From positions 7,068,001-7,132,000 of the forward strand of contig CM102286.1 in the NCBI GenBank assembly GCA_046563655.1: a stretch of 64,000 bases of DNA, read 5' to 3'. The DNA is from Yuukianura sp. NJ FZ-2021. Its lineage: Eukaryota. The notes beneath the pieces are model-generated. The model was not told the DNA's origin and ran no database searches. It worked only from the letters and a program-made list of their open reading frames with translations. Made by a program: the position numbers and the translations under genes. Position 1 is the stretch's first letter; every line of letters begins with the position of its first letter. Below, in pieces: positions 62,336 through 64,000 of the stretch.

Positions 62336-64000
62336 TTATGCTGCCGGATGTTTGGATTTGGTGGCTATTGCCCATACTTCCATGATGAAGTTATCACTGA
62401 ATCCGAAGGAACCCAATTCGGAATTGTCAAGAACCTCAGCAAAAGCCGTTACACTTTCTCTTCCGATTGTCATTTCCCATACTTGAGTGGCTGTGGAAAT
62501 TAAAAATACATGAATCCTCTTTTCGAAGTGAGAAAAAGAGTTTAAAAGTTCAGCATTCAAAATTTACCTAAGTCTCCATCGCTGATTCCTACAAAATTTT
62601 CTAGAAGGTTGTTAATATTGGAAATTGCAGCTTCGGAAGTGTTGTCAACCTGTGAAATACAGACCAGCATGAAAAAACTAATACATTTGAAAATACATTT
62701 TTTGTTTATCTAAATTTCGAAACACGAAAGATTTCATAAAATGAAAATTATGTATTGACATTTCACTTACAATTTCTAATACAGGGGGTCCATTAGCACG
62801 AAATCTAAGCGTTTCCTTTCCATTTCTAACATTTTCTGGAGTTGCAGCTTTTTGTTTTCTCGCTGCAGCTTTTGGCCCAATATTTGCTTTAGTAAAAGAA
62901 AAAAAGACGTTAACAATTTTTGGGAAAAAAATTGAAGGTAAAGAGAAAGCATTACTAAATCCAGCACGTATTGGTTCTATTAGTCTCATCACAAACGTTT
63001 TTCCGATTGGAATATTTCTGAGGTATTTGGCAACTTCAATGTGTCTCCACCCAACCAGACTCTGATCGTCTATCCGCTCAATGTGGTCACCTACCTAACA
63101 AAGGACGACAGTTACAAAGACAAATTGAAAAAAAAAGTCACTCTCAATGGTTCCGGGGTTGACTCCATTTCCGGCTTATTTAAAAAAAAAAGAGAAACCA
63201 TGTCGAATTTGCAGCAACCGCCAAAAGTTCATTTTAGGACAAGTTGTTAAAACTTGTGTGGCTTTTTTTTTTTGTTAAAAAATGCCGTTCAGATGTAAAA
63301 GTAAAAATCATGTCGTTGAACTTGGACTAAAAGTTTGAATTGTTAATTTGTAAATGTTGTTTTGAGGCGAGGGAATGTTTGTGTTACATAGTATTCAAGT
63401 GTTTAAAATTGTCTCGCCTCAATGGCTCCCGCATTTTTGGCAATGCTCCCATCCTTGACCCGCTTAATAAATGAGTAGCCAGTACCATTGTCTGTTATGG
63501 TAAGACCTAACGCATCGCTAGTTTTAGTGATCTCCACTTCCTTTTTTGTTCCTGTAAACAAAGGATGTTAGTGAACCGTCTTAAAACAAAGATTACTGTT
63601 TCTATAATTGTAATCTGTTTAGTTGTTTTCACAAATGTTACAAATTACAAAAAATTTTCTTCGGAGTATTGTGGATGAGCGAACCTTTCATGTGAACAAA
63701 AATAAAGTCTTCTAAAGAAAGCTGGGCGCTAAGGAGCGCTGACATTTCGACGCGATGCGTGTTGAGTGTACAGTAAAGGATCTGAAATGTTCAACACACA
63801 AATATTGCTAAAAATTCTGCGAAACAATGTTTTTGCACAACTGGTTTCATTTTTGAAGTTGACATTCCCATAAAGTTAGGTGATATTTAAATGTTCACTT
63901 GCCTCTTCCACAGGGAACCCATAACATTCAGCAATTTTTCCATAGAGCTCCTTGACATTTGCAAATCCCGAAATTAGGCCGGTGGGACTACCATGGGCTT
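62336..64000 (-). CDS. GIPC: PDZ domain-containing protein GIPC (5' end outside window)
   Basis: [32 protein letters not shown] motif [31 protein letters not shown]2 end [15 protein letters not shown]. Confidence 0.93.

Noticed and set aside
1..64000. tRNA and rRNA genes
   Set aside because: None recognised by eye; a covariance-model scan would be needed to exclude them.

Overview
Gene-dense, AT-rich eukaryotic DNA with short GT-AG introns. The gene content (allatostatin C, DM4/DM12-like secreted proteins, SEC14 tandem pair, ZAD-like zinc-finger protein) points to an arthropod. A springtail or other basal hexapod is my inference, not shown directly. I can model about 24 protein-coding genes: two SEC14/CRAL-TRIO paralogues, a microbial-type Baeyer-Villiger monooxygenase (horizontal-transfer candidate), two small Cys-rich secreted proteins (one absent from the ORF track), a C2H2 zinc-finger protein, a GNAT acyltransferase, MTCH2, CTNNBL1, SAE1, a vanin-like amidase, about 8 secreted orphan proteins clustered at 29-53 kb (5 with a shared 4-Cys DM4/DM12-like module), allatostatin C, VAT1-like, a small membrane protein, a Kazal inhibitor (absent from the ORF track) and the 3' part of GIPC. 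DNA transposons are an internally deleted pogo/Tc2 element, a tiny MITE, two foldback elements and a Tc1 element rearranged into a palindrome with ~650-bp arms and two 5' ends. The strongest leads are the palindromic Tc1 (possible natural hairpin-RNA silencer or truncated repressor), the secreted precursor cluster including a predicted amidated Lys/Leu-rich peptide, the BVMO and structured intronic RNAs. Exon boundaries were read by eye and all homology calls come from motif recognition, not database searches.
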